Shown here: positions 1 to 12,899 of the stretch, piece after piece
Layout: the number at the start of each line of letters is the position of its first letter
Position numbering within the stretch: the stretch's first letter is position 1
From: the human T2T-CHM13v2.0 reference genome, Homo sapiens
DNA: 64,000 bases
Assembly: GCF_009914755.1 (NCBI RefSeq)
Contig: NC_060930.1
Strand: one strand, 5' to 3'
Made by a program: the position numbers and the translations under genes
The notes under the pieces: generated by a model
Databases searched by the model: none
Seen by the model: only the letters and a program-made list of their open reading frames with translations
Told to the model about the DNA's origin: nothing

Positions 1-930
1 GAATTTTTAATGACTTTTAAGTTGATTTTATATATGGTGTGAGATAAGGGCCTAATTTCATTCTCTTCATGTGAATATCAAGTTTTCTCAACATCATTTA
101 TTAAAAAGACTATCCTTGCCCCAGTATGTGTTCTTTACACCTTTGTCAAAAATCAGTTGACTGTAAATGTGCTAATTTATTCCTGGGTTTTCTATTCTGT
201 TCCATTGGTCTATATGTCTGCTTTTATGCCAGTGCCATATTATTTAATTACAGTCGTGTTGTAATATATTTTGAAATCAGGAAGTGTGATACCTCCAGCT
301 TTGTTCTTGCTCAGTGTTGCTTTGGCTATTTAGAATCTTTTGAGGTTTCATAAAAATTTTAGGATTGTTTTTTCTCCGTTTGAGAAAAGTTTCATTGGAA
401 TTTTGTTAAAGATTACATTGAATCTGTAAATCACTTAGGGTACCATGGCCACTTTAATAATATTGATTATTCCAATCCATGGACGAAAAAAATATTTCCA
501 TTTGTTTCTTCTTGAATGTTTTCATCAATGTTTTAAAGTTTTCATGTACAGATCTGTCACCTCTTTGGTTAAATGCATTCCTAAGTATTTTTATTTTTTG
601 ATGCTATTGTAAATGGGTTTTCTTAAATTTTTTTAATAATTCATTGTTAGCATGTGAAAATGCAACTGATTTTTGTACGTTGATTTTGTATCTTGCAACT
701 TTACTGAATTCATTAGTTTTAACAATTTTTTTGGTGGCATCTTTAGAGCTTTCTATATATAAGATCATGCCATCTGCAATAGAGATGATTTTACTACCTC
801 CTTTCCAATTTGGATGCCTTTTGTTTTTCTTGCCTAATTTCTCTAGCTAGGACCTTCCATAGCATGTTGATCTTAGGGGAAAAGCCTTCAGTTATTCACT
901 ATCGACTATGAGGTCAGCTCTGGGCTTGTC
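1..930 (-). mobile_element. Old L1 (L1M-type) ORF2 fragment, continues off the left edge
   Basis: Antisense L1 ORF2 motifs (e.g. GATTTTTGTACGTTGATTTTGTATCTTGCAACTTT, GATCATGCCATCTGCAA = antisense of the FADDM region), heavily diverged. Confidence 0.85.
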
Positions 931-1950
931 AAAACACTTTCAAGAAGGCCACGGAAAGATTTCTTTTCTTACTTTTTTCTCTCCTAATTCTTCCTGAAAC
1001 TCAAAATTTTGAATTTGAAAATAATTGCAAAAGCTACTATTGTTTAATGTAACTTATTTTACATTCTTGTAATTTTAAATATCTATATATTATCTATCTA
1101 TCTATACACATGCAAATGCATATTAAAAAAGTACTCTGAGTTTCTGAGTTCTGGCAAAACTTTCTCAAGACACCAGAATGGGAGTTCTAATAAATGGCCT
1201 CAGTTAGTAGAGAAACAATTCTAGAGAAAGCAGCACAACAGGTAAAAGGCCACCTGTAAGTCACAATGGAAACCAAACAGAATTGTTCTAAAAAAAAAAC
1301 ACACACACACACACAATTTTGCCAAACATTTTTCACTAGCATTTTATAAATGTTGAGATTACAACTAAAAATTGGTCAATCTTTGGAGATATTTGCAAAT
1401 CTTTTCAATGTTGTCTTAGATAATATATGCAATAAGTTTGCTCAAAAGTATTTCTTCAAGTTCTATTTAAATTGTCAGTGAAATAAACGATAGGAAGTCC
1501 CTGCTCAGCTGTGTTGATTTTTTAAGTGCTAAATTAAAACTCTACTATCATTTTTGCCTTATGCTTATTGAGGTCATGAAAAATTGACTGTCATAAAGTA
1601 GAATTTGATTAAAGATAATGAGACAAAATATTTAAATAAATCACATTTTAGGACTACAATATAAAAATTGGTGAAATTAACCTAAAACATATGTACTATT
1701 CAGCATTATCTGAAAAAAAAATCATAAACCAGCAGGATGATTTTCTTCTGTTCCAGGCTCATTGTCTTTTTCCATCACTAATTATATGACAGTAAATTAT
1801 GAATCATGCATAAATCCCACACTGGCTAATTTTTAACAGAAGTTAAATCTGACTGAATTTTCTAACTCCATGCAATTTTAATATCATTGGAAGCAAACTG
1901 GGAGAAAAACATTATGAAAATACATATTTTGGATTCTCCTCTCTCTCTAG

Positions 1951-1986
1951 GTACAGATTCTTCACTCAATGAGCTTTACTCAAAAA
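1951..1986 (+). other. Candidate 36-nt internal exon
   Basis: TTCTCCTCTCTCTCTAG acceptor and AAA|GTAAGA donor; multiple of 3, open in two frames (VQILHSMSFTQK or xTDSSLNELYSK). Confidence 0.3.
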
Positions 1987-2498
1987 GTAAGAGGGTTAAC
2001 ATGCTATTCAATCCCAATCAGTGTTATCATTTCATTTCTTGCAAAGTCAAATATGTATTTTTGTAACTTTTAATTTATTTAGAAAGTAAAGCTGCTTTGA
2101 TACCTCTTGGAAATGCTTATCTATTATTACACACAACTCATAAATTAAAACATTATTTTATGTATTCTATAGACATTTTATATTTTTTGATAAGAAATAA
2201 CATATAAATCCATACCACTGAGACAAAGTAAAAAAAAAAAAAAATCCTAGCTAGACAACTTCCAGAGAAGTGATTTCAAACAAATTCCTTCTCCTCTTTA
2301 TAGAAGGAAACATTAAAAAGTAATGAAATAAGTCTTAATTCCTAGACATTTTGGGAAAATCAGCCATGAGCAAATTTTCTAGCTATCTGAGATTAATTTG
2401 AAGTCAAACAAATCAAACATCTATATTTCATAAAACATTGTTAAACAAAGATAATTAAGATACAGACCCTTTTCTACTTTATTAGTCTACCAAACCCA

Positions 2499-2563
2499 CA
2501 TGACATAAGCTTACCTATGTAATGAACCTGCACTAGTACCCCTGAACTTAAAAGTTACAAAAA
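2499..2563 (+). mobile_element. Very short L1PA 3' terminal fragment
   Basis: TTACCTATGTAATGAACCTGCACTAGTACCCCTGAACTTAAAAGTT resembles the end of older L1PA 3'UTRs. Confidence 0.65.
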
Positions 2564-2972
2564 CCTTTTAGTTAAAACTAAAGTTTTAGTAAAAACTTAA
2601 AAGTTAAAAAAACTCTCCTTATTACTCAAAGATGTATAAACAAATATTGTAAAGTAGAAAGCAGACACCATTTCTCCCAGAAGTTTTACCGAACAGTAGG
2701 AGATAAAGAGGTTGCATAGTAAATTAAAACTTTGGGGGAACAAAAGTGATGTCTCTTTGAAGTTTCTTTTTTAGGTAGTGGTGGTTTTAATATGGATCTT
2801 ATGTTATATCCTAGAAACAAATGACTAAGTGGAATCATTGTGAATGCCACTGAATGTAATGTGCATTAAAAGCATTGTGATCACAGGGGCCACAAACAGT
2901 TATAGAAAAGATTACCCATACTCTAAATGGCCCTCCCATTATGTTACTTCTGAATTGTCGCATTAGCTTTAC

Positions 2973-3050
2973 CTGTTGCTTTTTGTCTTTCATCCTGTTA
3001 GAAATCTCTTTTGGCAACAAGCCATTCTCCACTTCCCCCTTACATACCAT
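2973..3050 (-). other. Candidate 78-nt exon on minus strand
   Basis: TTTACTTATTACAG acceptor, CAG|GTAAAG donor, open frame MVCKGEVENGLLPKEISNRMKDKKQQ; no recognised homology. Confidence 0.15.
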
Positions 3051-3864
3051 CTGTAATAAGTAAACATTTCATTAATTTTATATTCCACTAATTTAGAGTC
3101 TCAATTCTAGCAAAGAATGAGCATCAGTTGAGGTGGTTACAAGGTTTTGTTTTTCAATATGGATCCTCTTGCCTAGTCTAAGCATTTCTGATTCAGAAGG
3201 TCCAAAGTAAGGGAAAATGATTTATTGGTTTTTTAAACTCCTTGGGTAATTTAGATATCATTCACAGTTGAGAGTTACCACTCTAGTTTACCTTTTATAA
3301 GACATCTGTTATAAAACAACTATACAATATTTAGTCTAAAAAAGAAGGTAGTCCTTTTTGAGAACTTCCAAATTTTTCCTGCCTATTCCTAAATTGTTTT
3401 ACCCTATCCAGAAATACAGCAAGGGCATGTTCTTTTTGGAAGTCTTTGTTCATAGAATAGCAACCCCATCATGTGGTATCTTGCTGAAATTGCTACTAGA
3501 GGCATATTAGGTGAGAGTGTATTTTTCATAAACAAAAGCAAACTTCAAAAAATGTATTATTTACTTAACATGTATTGAGCAGCTATATGGCAGACATGTT
3601 AGGAGTCCAAAAACAACAAAAAAATGCAAACATCAATACTGTATTCAGACCTCAGTTGAAATCCGTACAACATCAAAAATAAATCTAGTTGACCCCAATA
3701 TAATAATGCATTCTAATTTAAATTAGCAATCTAAACTTTAAAGTTAAAATCCATTTGAACTTCCTAAAAAGATTGTTTCATTGAAGCTAGAACAAGGCTA
3801 GTTGATTGCTGTACCAGTATAACATATTATCTCAATAATGGGGTCTCTCCCTCTCCTCTTTCAG

Positions 3865-3897
3865 AGCACATTTGGTCATTACCCAGGAAACTCCCAG
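3865..3897 (+). other. Candidate 33-nt internal exon
   Basis: Strong polypyrimidine acceptor TCTCTCCCTCTCCTCTTTCAG and CAG|GTAACC donor; all three frames open. Confidence 0.3.
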
Positions 3898-4071
3898 GTA
3901 ACCACACAGAACAATCTTCAAAATTGTGTTTACCAGCATCCAAGAGCAATACCCTTCAAAGTTGTATTAACTGACACTGAAATCTAAACCAACATTGGTT
4001 CGAATTTTTCCAGTTGAGTTTTTCTCCAATGCCTCCAAACATTTCTAGTTTAATTTTTTTAAATGTCATCA

Positions 4072-6292
4072 TTTTAACTTATTTTTTTATTTAGATTCTG
4101 GGGGTGTATGTGCGGAATTGTTACATGAGTATATTGCATGATGCTGAGGTTTGGGCTTCTAATGATCCTGTTGCCCAGGTACCAAATGTAGTACTGGACA
4201 CATAGTTTTTCAAACTTTACCCCCAACTGCTTCCCTCCTTGCCTTTGGACTCCTCAGTGTCTACTTTGTGTCTGTATGTACCCAATATTCAGCTTCCACT
4301 TACAAGTGACAACATGCAGTATTTGATTTTCTGTTTCTGCATTAATTTGCTTAGGATTTTGGCCTCCAGATGCATCCACCTTGCTGTAAAGACATTTTTT
4401 TGTGTGTGATTTTGTAATATTCCATGGTGTATATGTACCACATTTTCTTTATCCAATTCACCATTAATGGGCATCTGGGTTGATTCTACATCTTGTCTAT
4501 TGTGAATATTGCTGCAATAAACATACAAGTAGAACAATTTATTATCCTTTTTGGTAGAATGATTTATTTTCCTTTGGGTATATAACCAGTAATGGAATTG
4601 CTGGGTCTAATGTTAACTCTATTTTTAGCTCTTTGAGAAATCTCCAAACTATTTCCCACAGGGGCCAAGCTAATTTTCCTTGCTACCACAGTGTATAAGC
4701 ATTCTCTTTTGTCCACAACATTGCCAACAGGTTATTTTTTTTCTTTCTAATAATAGTCATTCTGACTTGTGTAAGATGGTATCTCCTTGTGGTTTTGATT
4801 TACATTTCAGTGATTAGTGATAATAAGCATTTTTTCCTATGTTTTTTAGCCACTTATCTTTTTTTGTGAAGTGTTTGCTCATATTCCTTGCCCACTTTTA
4901 ATAAGGTTGTTTATGCTTGTTGATTTAGGTTCCTTATAAATTGTGGATATTAGTTGTCAAATTCATCATTTGCAAATATTTTCTCCCATTCTGTATGTTG
5001 TCTGTGTATTCTGTTGGTAGTTTATTTTGCTGTGCAGAAGCTCTTCAGTTTAAGTCCCATTTGTCTACTTTTGATTTTGTTGCATTTGCTTTTGAGGTCT
5101 TCTTCATAAATTATTTGCCTAGACCAATATCTAAAAGAATACATCCCAGGTGTTCTACTAGAATTTTTATAATTTGACATCATTACATTTAAATCTTTAA
5201 TCCATCTCAAGTTAATTTTTTTACATGGTGAGAGGTAGGGGTCCAGTTTCATTCTTCTGCATATGGTTAGCCAGTTTTTCCAGCAACATTTATTGAATAG
5301 GGAGTCTTTTTCTCATTGTTTATTTTTGTTGACTCTATCAAAGGTCAGCTGGCTGCAGGTGTGCTGCTGTATTTAAGGGTTCTCTATTATTTTCCATAAG
5401 GGTTCTCTATTGTTTTCCATTGGTCTGTGTGTCTATTTTTGTACCAATGCCATGCTGTTTTGGTTACTATAGCCTTGCAACATAGTTTGAAATCAGTTAA
5501 TGTGATGCCTCCAACTTTATTCTTTTTGCTTAGTAATATTTTGGCTATTAAGGATTAGATTACCATTTATCATTTTTTGGTTTCATATCAATTTTAGAAT
5601 AATTTTTTCCTAATTTGTGAAAAATAATGTTGGTAATTTGATAAAAATAGCATTGAATCTATAGATTGCTTTGGAGAGTATGGACATTTTAACAGTATTG
5701 ATTCTTCCAACCCATGAGCATGGGATACATTTCCATTTGTTTGTATCATGCATGAATGATTTCTTTCAGCAGTGTTTTGTAGTTCTCCTTGCAGAGATGT
5801 TTCGCCTCCATGATTTTATGTACTAGCATATAGTTTATTTGGTAACTATTTTAAATGAGATTGTGTTCTTGATTTTCAGCTTGTATGCTATTGGTGTAAG
5901 AAATGCTGATTTTTGTACATTGATATTGTATCCTGAGACAATGCTGAAGCCATTTGTCTAATCAAGGGATCTTTCGATGAAATTTTTAGAGTTTTCTACG
6001 TATAGAATCTTATCATCAGTGAATAGAGATAATTTGACTTCCTCTTTTCATTTTGGATGTCTTTTGTCTTCCCTGATTGCTCAGCCATATTGGATTTCCA
6101 ATATGATGTTAAATAGGAGTGGTGACAGTGGGCATCCTTGTTTTGTTCCAGTTTTCAGGGGGAATGCTTCCAGCTTTGCCCAATCAGTATGATGTTGGCT
6201 GTGAGTTTGTCATAGATGGCTCTTATTATTTTCAAAGTATGTTCCTTTGATGCCTAGTTTGTAGAAGATTTTTATCATGAAGGGATGTTGGA
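4072..6292 (-). mobile_element. 5'-truncated older L1 (L1PA16-like), 3'UTR plus ORF2 end
   Basis: Antisense 3' end TTTAGATTCTGGGGGTGTATGTGC...GATGCTGAGGTTTGGGCTTCTAATGATCC; minus ORFs KLDPYLSP...LKSFCTAK; 23-bp internal tandem duplication at 5374-5419. Confidence 0.9.
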
Positions 6293-6334
6293 CACCATGG
6301 TAATATTGTATTACTAAATAGTACAAGCAATTCC

Positions 6335-7799
6335 TTTTTTATTATACTTTAAGTTCTAGGGTACATGTGCACGAAGTGCAGGTTTGTTACATATGTATAT
6401 ATGTGCCATGTTGGTGTGCTGCACCCATTAACTCGTCATTTACATTAGGTATATCTCTTAATGCTATCCCTCCCCGCTCCCACCCCCCACCCCAGGACAG
6501 TCCCTAGTGTGATGTTCCCCTTCCTGTGTCCAAGTGTTCTCATTGTTCAATTCCCACCTATAAGTGAGAACATGCGGTGTTTGGTTTTTTGTCCTTGCAA
6601 TAGTTTGCTGAGAATGATAAAAGAGCCCAGATTGCCAAGTCAATCCTAAGCCAAAAGAACAAAGCTGGAGGCATCACACTGCCTGACTTCTAACTATACT
6701 ACAAGGCTACAGTAACCAAAACAGCATGGCACTGGTAGCAAAACAGATACAGACCAATGGAAGAGAACAGAGCCCTCAGAAATAACACCACACATCTACA
6801 ACCATTTGATCTTTGACAAACCTGACAAAAACAAGAAATGGGGAAATGATTCCCTATTCAATAAATGGTGCTGGGAAAACTGGCTAGCCATATGGAGAAA
6901 GCTGAAACTGGATCCCTTCCTTACACCTTATACAAAAATTAATTCAAGATGGATTAAAGACTTAAATGTTAGAACTAAAACCATAAAAACCCTAGAAGAA
7001 AACCTAGGCGATACCATTCAGGACATAGGCATGGGCAAGGACTTCATGTCTAAAACACAAAAAGCAATGGCAACAAAAGCCAAAATTGACAAATGGGATC
7101 TAATTAAACTAAAGAGCTTCTGCACAGCAAAAGAAACCACCATGAGAGTGAACAGGCAACCTACAGAATGGGAGAAAATTTTTGCAATCTACTCATTTCA
7201 CAAAGGGCTAATATCTAGAATCTGCAAAGAACTCAAATTTACAAGAAAAAAACAACCCCATCAAAAAGTGGGCGAAGAATATGAACAGACACTTCTCAAA
7301 AGACGACATTTATGCATCCAACAGATACATGAAAAAATGCTCATCATCACTGGCCATCAGAGAAATGCAAATCAAAACCACAATGAGATACCATCTCACA
7401 CCAGTTAGAATGGCAATCATTAAAAAGTCAGGAAACAAAGGGTGCTGGAGAATATGTGGAGAAATAGGAACACTTTTACACTGTTGGTGGGACTGTAAAC
7501 TAGTTCAACCATTGTGGAAGACAGTGTGGCGATTCCTCAAGGATCTACAACTAGAAATACCATTTGACCCAGCCATCCCATTACTGGGTATATATGCATA
7601 GAATTATAAATCATGCTGCTATAAAGACACATTCACACATATGTTTATTGCGGCACTTTTTACAACAGCAAAGACTTGGAACCAACCCAAATGTCCATCA
7701 ACGATAGACTGGATTAAAAAAATGTGGCACATATACACCATGGACTATGCAGCCATAAAAAAGGATGAGTTCATGTCCTTTGTAGGGATATGGATGAAG
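6335..7799 (-). mobile_element. L1PA (about PA5-6) with 5' inversion: 3' end on minus (6335-6618), ORF2 segment on plus (6619-7799)
   Basis: Poly-T plus antisense 3'UTR up to ...GCTGAGAATGAT, abrupt switch to sense ORF2 (ORFs 6806-7408, 7281-7601) ending at GGATGAAG, ~9 nt before the point where the antisense part starts in L1 coordinates. Confidence 0.9.
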
Positions 7800-8586
7800 T
7801 TGCAAACACTTTATTTCTAAGAGTTTGGAACAAACATTTTTTAAAATAGGTTTTTGATAAATGACTTTGCATTTCCCAAAGCTGGGAATATGCACTGGTC
7901 ATGATTCTCATGTATAGATCACAGAAGCAAAAGGATTACTCTTCAAAATTAGACATTTGTGTTATTTACTAATATGAAATTATCATGGTCTTCCATGCAC
8001 AGCAAATATCCAACACAATGCTGTTTTTTAATAAGCAAAGCTCACAGGCAAGAGCATTGTCCAAAATAGGAATGTTCACATACTATCAGTTAAGAGCACT
8101 CTCTTGATTTTCTTGCTAAAACAAGATTATTCCATAAAAATTAATATTCTGAAAACATTTATTTACTTCAATAATTTTAAGAGGGCTTAAAATATTAGAA
8201 TACTAAAATTTTCCTATTGTTAATAAACCATAATTTTGAGATCCCAATAAAACTGTTGACTTAATGGTGATATTAATTATCTTTATTAGCCATTTATTTT
8301 CATGGTTTAAAGTAGGAGTTTGTGTTAACAAAGGGCTGCACAAAAGTGCAAAACAGTCATAAAAACCCAGTGTTTTGACTCTCTTAATTTCATTACCCAT
8401 AGAAAATTGAAACAAATGTAGTCATTCTTATTTTAATGATTTATAACGGTGAACTTTGCAAATTTACCAGATACAGCAATAAATATTTGTTACTGAAGTA
8501 TTTACTAAATAACTGGCATTGATCCCAAGAATTATCCTAAAGGGATTACATACACCAAGAATAAAAGTACAAAATTTATGAATACA

Positions 8587-8750
8587 CCTGCCCTGTCTAA
8601 TACAGTAACCACCAGCCACAAGCAGGTATTGAGCACCTGAAATGTGGCTATTGCAACTGAGAAATTAAATTTTGAATTTTACTGAATTTCAATTAATATC
8701 AGTTTAAGTAGCCACATGTCGTCAGTTGCCATCATATGGGACAGTGCAGG
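8587..8750. mobile_element. MER3-like hAT-Charlie DNA transposon remnant
   Basis: Ends CTGCCCTGTCTAATACAGTAACCACCAGCCAC ... AGCCACATGT...GGACAGTGCAG, internal TGAAATGTGGCTA. Confidence 0.75.
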
Positions 8751-9126
8751 TCTAGAATCACCTGCCATTTTATCTTTAATGTCCTTTAAAAGTCTCAGGC
8801 TTTCTCAGCCTTCTCTTTATGACATTGACATTTTTAGAGAATATACTTGATAAGCCATTTTTATAGCTTCTTTTCCTTGGTTGGAAATTCTTTTCTGGAA
8901 CCTATCTTTGTATTAAGTTTGCAGTGGGTTTTTCTATCTGCATATCCTGGGAGCTTTAGCAGTAGTTATGAAGGTAATCAGTCCATAAAGAATGTTACAA
9001 GAGATACAATGCATATGTAGAGATTTCTCTTAATACGGAAAACTCCTGAAGTCAAAGAAGAGCAGATAATGGAAGTATGGACTTGACGTATACATCTCAA
9101 GGATGTGGGAGATTCTGGGATAGCTA

Positions 9127-9613
<487 letters not shown>

Positions 9614-9884
9614 TTAATAATGAAGCTGTAAGTACCACAACTCTCCTATATGACTGGCTGATATAGAGAGATAAAACAGATACATAAAAGCCATCCAAGG
9701 AAATGATACCATTAATCATTTTTAGTAGTATAGAAAGACCAAAAGGAATTTCTATAAAAAGAAAGTAGATGGGGAAAATCAAGAAACCTTTTACAGAATC
9801 ACCATAGATGTGATTTGAATCAAAAACCAAATTGTCTATGTTGCTACGTATGATTCTATTGAGAGCTTAGATGTTTAAAAACGT

Positions 9885-9995
9885 AATATTTGCACAACCC
9901 TATAAATATACCAAAACCACTGAGTGCACTTTATAAGGTAATGTTTGTGATGAGCTATATGTTAGTAAAGTTGCAACAAACAATAAAACGTAAAA
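9885..9995 (+). mobile_element. L1M 3' terminal fragment
   Basis: TTGCACAACCCTATAAATATACCAAAACCACTGAGTGCACTTT resembles L1MB/MC 3' end. Confidence 0.55.
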
Positions 9996-10080
9996 GAAAA
10001 TAAATCAGCAAGGGAAAAGAAGTCCCTCTTCTTAAAGGAGGATAGTTGAATGCAGGTTGAGGTAAAGACTTGGGAGAGTT

Positions 10081-10416
<336 letters not shown>

Positions 10417-11414
10417 TCAATGGAGATTCTTTGATGGAGAACTATGTTGGATGGAAGAGTCATTATGGAGAGGACTTTCAAGAAAGCGGTAAAACAATGA
10501 GGGGAGGCCCTGCATAGGTGAAACATTGACATTTAAGAGCCCTCAAGGTCAGAGCATCCCAAAAGGACTTTGCCAGATAAGAAGTATGAAGAGCAGGCTT
10601 TTGTTTCCTGTGGTATTTTCTATGCCCCGTCTCTTTTTCAGTCTTACCGTGCTTTAGTAAATGTTGCATTTCTCATTAATTCTTTCCCATCAATGTGGAC
10701 TCTTTTGGTAGAAATTAAAAGGGGACTGAAATTGACCCCTGGGTTGATTCCATACAAAAATATACTATGTTGGAAAGCTGGAGCTGAGAACTAAGGAGAT
10801 AAAGGAGTGTCAATCTATCAGAATGATAAAAAATTCCAGGGAAATTAAGACTTTCGAGAACTTTGGAATTGTAAAGTGTCAAGTTGAGATCTACAAGTGG
10901 TGGAGGGGAACCAAGCTAATATTTGGGATATAGGTAGAATAAATAAGCTTGTACAAAGGTAAATATATATGATATGATGAAAGGAGGGAGTTGGAAAACA
11001 TGAAGGCCCAGAGAAGAGTGGAAGGACCTAGATGACCCAAGAAGAGTAGTCGGATTTGCTGGACTGGATGATAGAAGGAGGTAGGTTCACCTTCTTCTTC
11101 TGTCTACTCCCCCGATTTTAAGTAAGAACGCTTTGTGAGTATTCCATAGCTCAGCCATGAGGATCTAGAACCTGCCACTAGAGTGTGTTAAGTGCTTCAG
11201 ATGATGAAAGGCTATTTTTTTATTCTTTTTTTCTAAGCACCATAACTCTGTTACAAGACTGGCTGATATAGAATGATAAAACAGATATATAAAAGCCATT
11301 TAGGAAAAATACCATTAATTATTTTTAAGAGGAACTTCAGTTATGTAGATCTCACAGAAATACATAATACGTAATAAAAATATGTAACAGAAATTCTGTT
11401 ATATTTTATGTAAA

Positions 11415-11770
11415 TTATGTAAATATACAAAACAGAATTTACCACCTGAAGTGTATGATTCAGTGTCCTTGGGTGCATTCACATGGTTGTGCACTTATTA
11501 CCTCTATTTATTCCAGAATTTTTCATCATCTGATACTGAAACTCTGTACCCATTAAAGAATAATTCCCCATGCTTCCCCTCCATTTGTCTCCTGATAACA
11601 TCTCCTTTGTTTCTATCAATTTGCCCATTTTACATACCCTATATAAGTAAAATCATACAATATTTGCCCTTTGGTGTCTGGCCCATTTCACTAAGCATAA
11701 TGTTTTCAAGGCTTATCCACATGGTAGTACGTATCAGAATTTCACTTCTTCTTAAGACTGTATAGCATTC
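11415..11770 (-). mobile_element. L1MB-like 3' end fragment
   Basis: Antisense ...TTCCAGAATTTTTCATCATC..GAAACTCTGTACCCATTAAA...TCACTAAGCATAATGTTTTCAAGG. Confidence 0.8.
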
Positions 11771-11938
11771 AGGCTCTCTCTTTTAATCAGTAGCACCCAT
11801 GGCTGAGCTCAAGCTTGACTGCTAAGGGCAATGATCCATTTTCTGCTTTTTTTTTTTCTTTGAGATGAAACTCCTTACGTTACTATCCTGCCCACAGAAG
11901 AACCAATGTTAGTTTAGAAAAATCAAGTCATGAATCAG
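11771..11938 (+). pseudogene. SPATA31-like exon-1 remnant, copy A (donor site lost)
   Basis: Paralogous to 16889-17072 (20/20 identity CCATGGCTGAGCTCAAGCTT at 11797-11816); PWLSSSLT motif; AATCAG|GAAGGG where copy B has AATCAG|GTAAGG. Confidence 0.55.
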
Positions 11939-12537
11939 GAAGGGACATCCTAGACTCACATTCATCAGAGACTGACTTTCTGTTGTTACTATTGTTCCTT
12001 TTCCCATATTTCTTAATTACTTTGACACCAAAAGACATCTAATAAGCAAACTCTCAGCAAAGAATAGAACATCAGCTTTCTAGGGAAGTACTTTGAGCGT
12101 GGCAGAGATTCAAGTCAGGATCAGAGTTCCTATTCAAAACCGGCAGATCATGTACTCAATGTGGTAAAGAGCCCCAGGGTCAAACCCAAAATACAGTGAA
12201 TTAGGAGCCATAGATTGGATTATTACGAGAGTTCAAGATACCTAGATGAGAACAAAGTCTCTCAATGCTTACTCACTAGGCATTTTCCCATTTCAGGTGT
12301 CCATAGGTCAAACTTTTCCACTGCGTTAAGGCTTAATACTACAGCAGAGCTGAGCCTGTGAAAGCATCTGGTGAGATGCTAGAGCTCCAGGTCTGTCCTC
12401 TGCAGGCAGAATTCTATCTGATGCAGCATATATATACCTGCAGTTCCAAGATTCTGTGCTCTTCAATAACAGAGGCCTACTAGCAGGAAAAAACAAAAAC
12501 AATTAAAGATCTTGTAAAGATATCTTTCTTTGAGGGA

Positions 12538-12829
12538 TTTTTTTTTTTTTTGAGATGGTATCTCACTCTGTCACACAGGCTAGAGTGCAATGGCCATCAT
12601 CTCAGCTCACTGCAACCTCCACCTCCTGAGCTCAAGCGATTCTCCCACCTCAGCCTCCCAACTAGCTCAGACCACAGTCTCACACCGCCATGCCTGACTA
12701 ATGTATTTTTGGTAGCAACATGGTTGCACCATGTTGGCCAGGCTGGTCTAAAACTTCTGAGTTCAAGTGATCTGCCCACCTCAGCCTCCCAAAGTGCTGG
12801 ATTACAGGCATGAGCCACCACTCCCAGCC
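12538..12829 (-). mobile_element. AluJ-type element
   Basis: Poly-T followed by diverged antisense Alu dimer (GAGCTCAAGCGATTCTCCCACCTCAGCC). Confidence 0.92.
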
Positions 12830-12899
12830 CTGAGTTTTGCAAAAACAAAGCAACAACAAAGTTATTTTTAAAATGGAAAAAGTACAGGAAAAAAACATA

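Noticed and set aside
12050-12500. Possible exons 2-3 and start of the large exon of the SPATA31-like gene (acceptor TTTCAG at ~12296)
   Set aside because: Position fits but I could not get convincing motif matches or intact donors by eye
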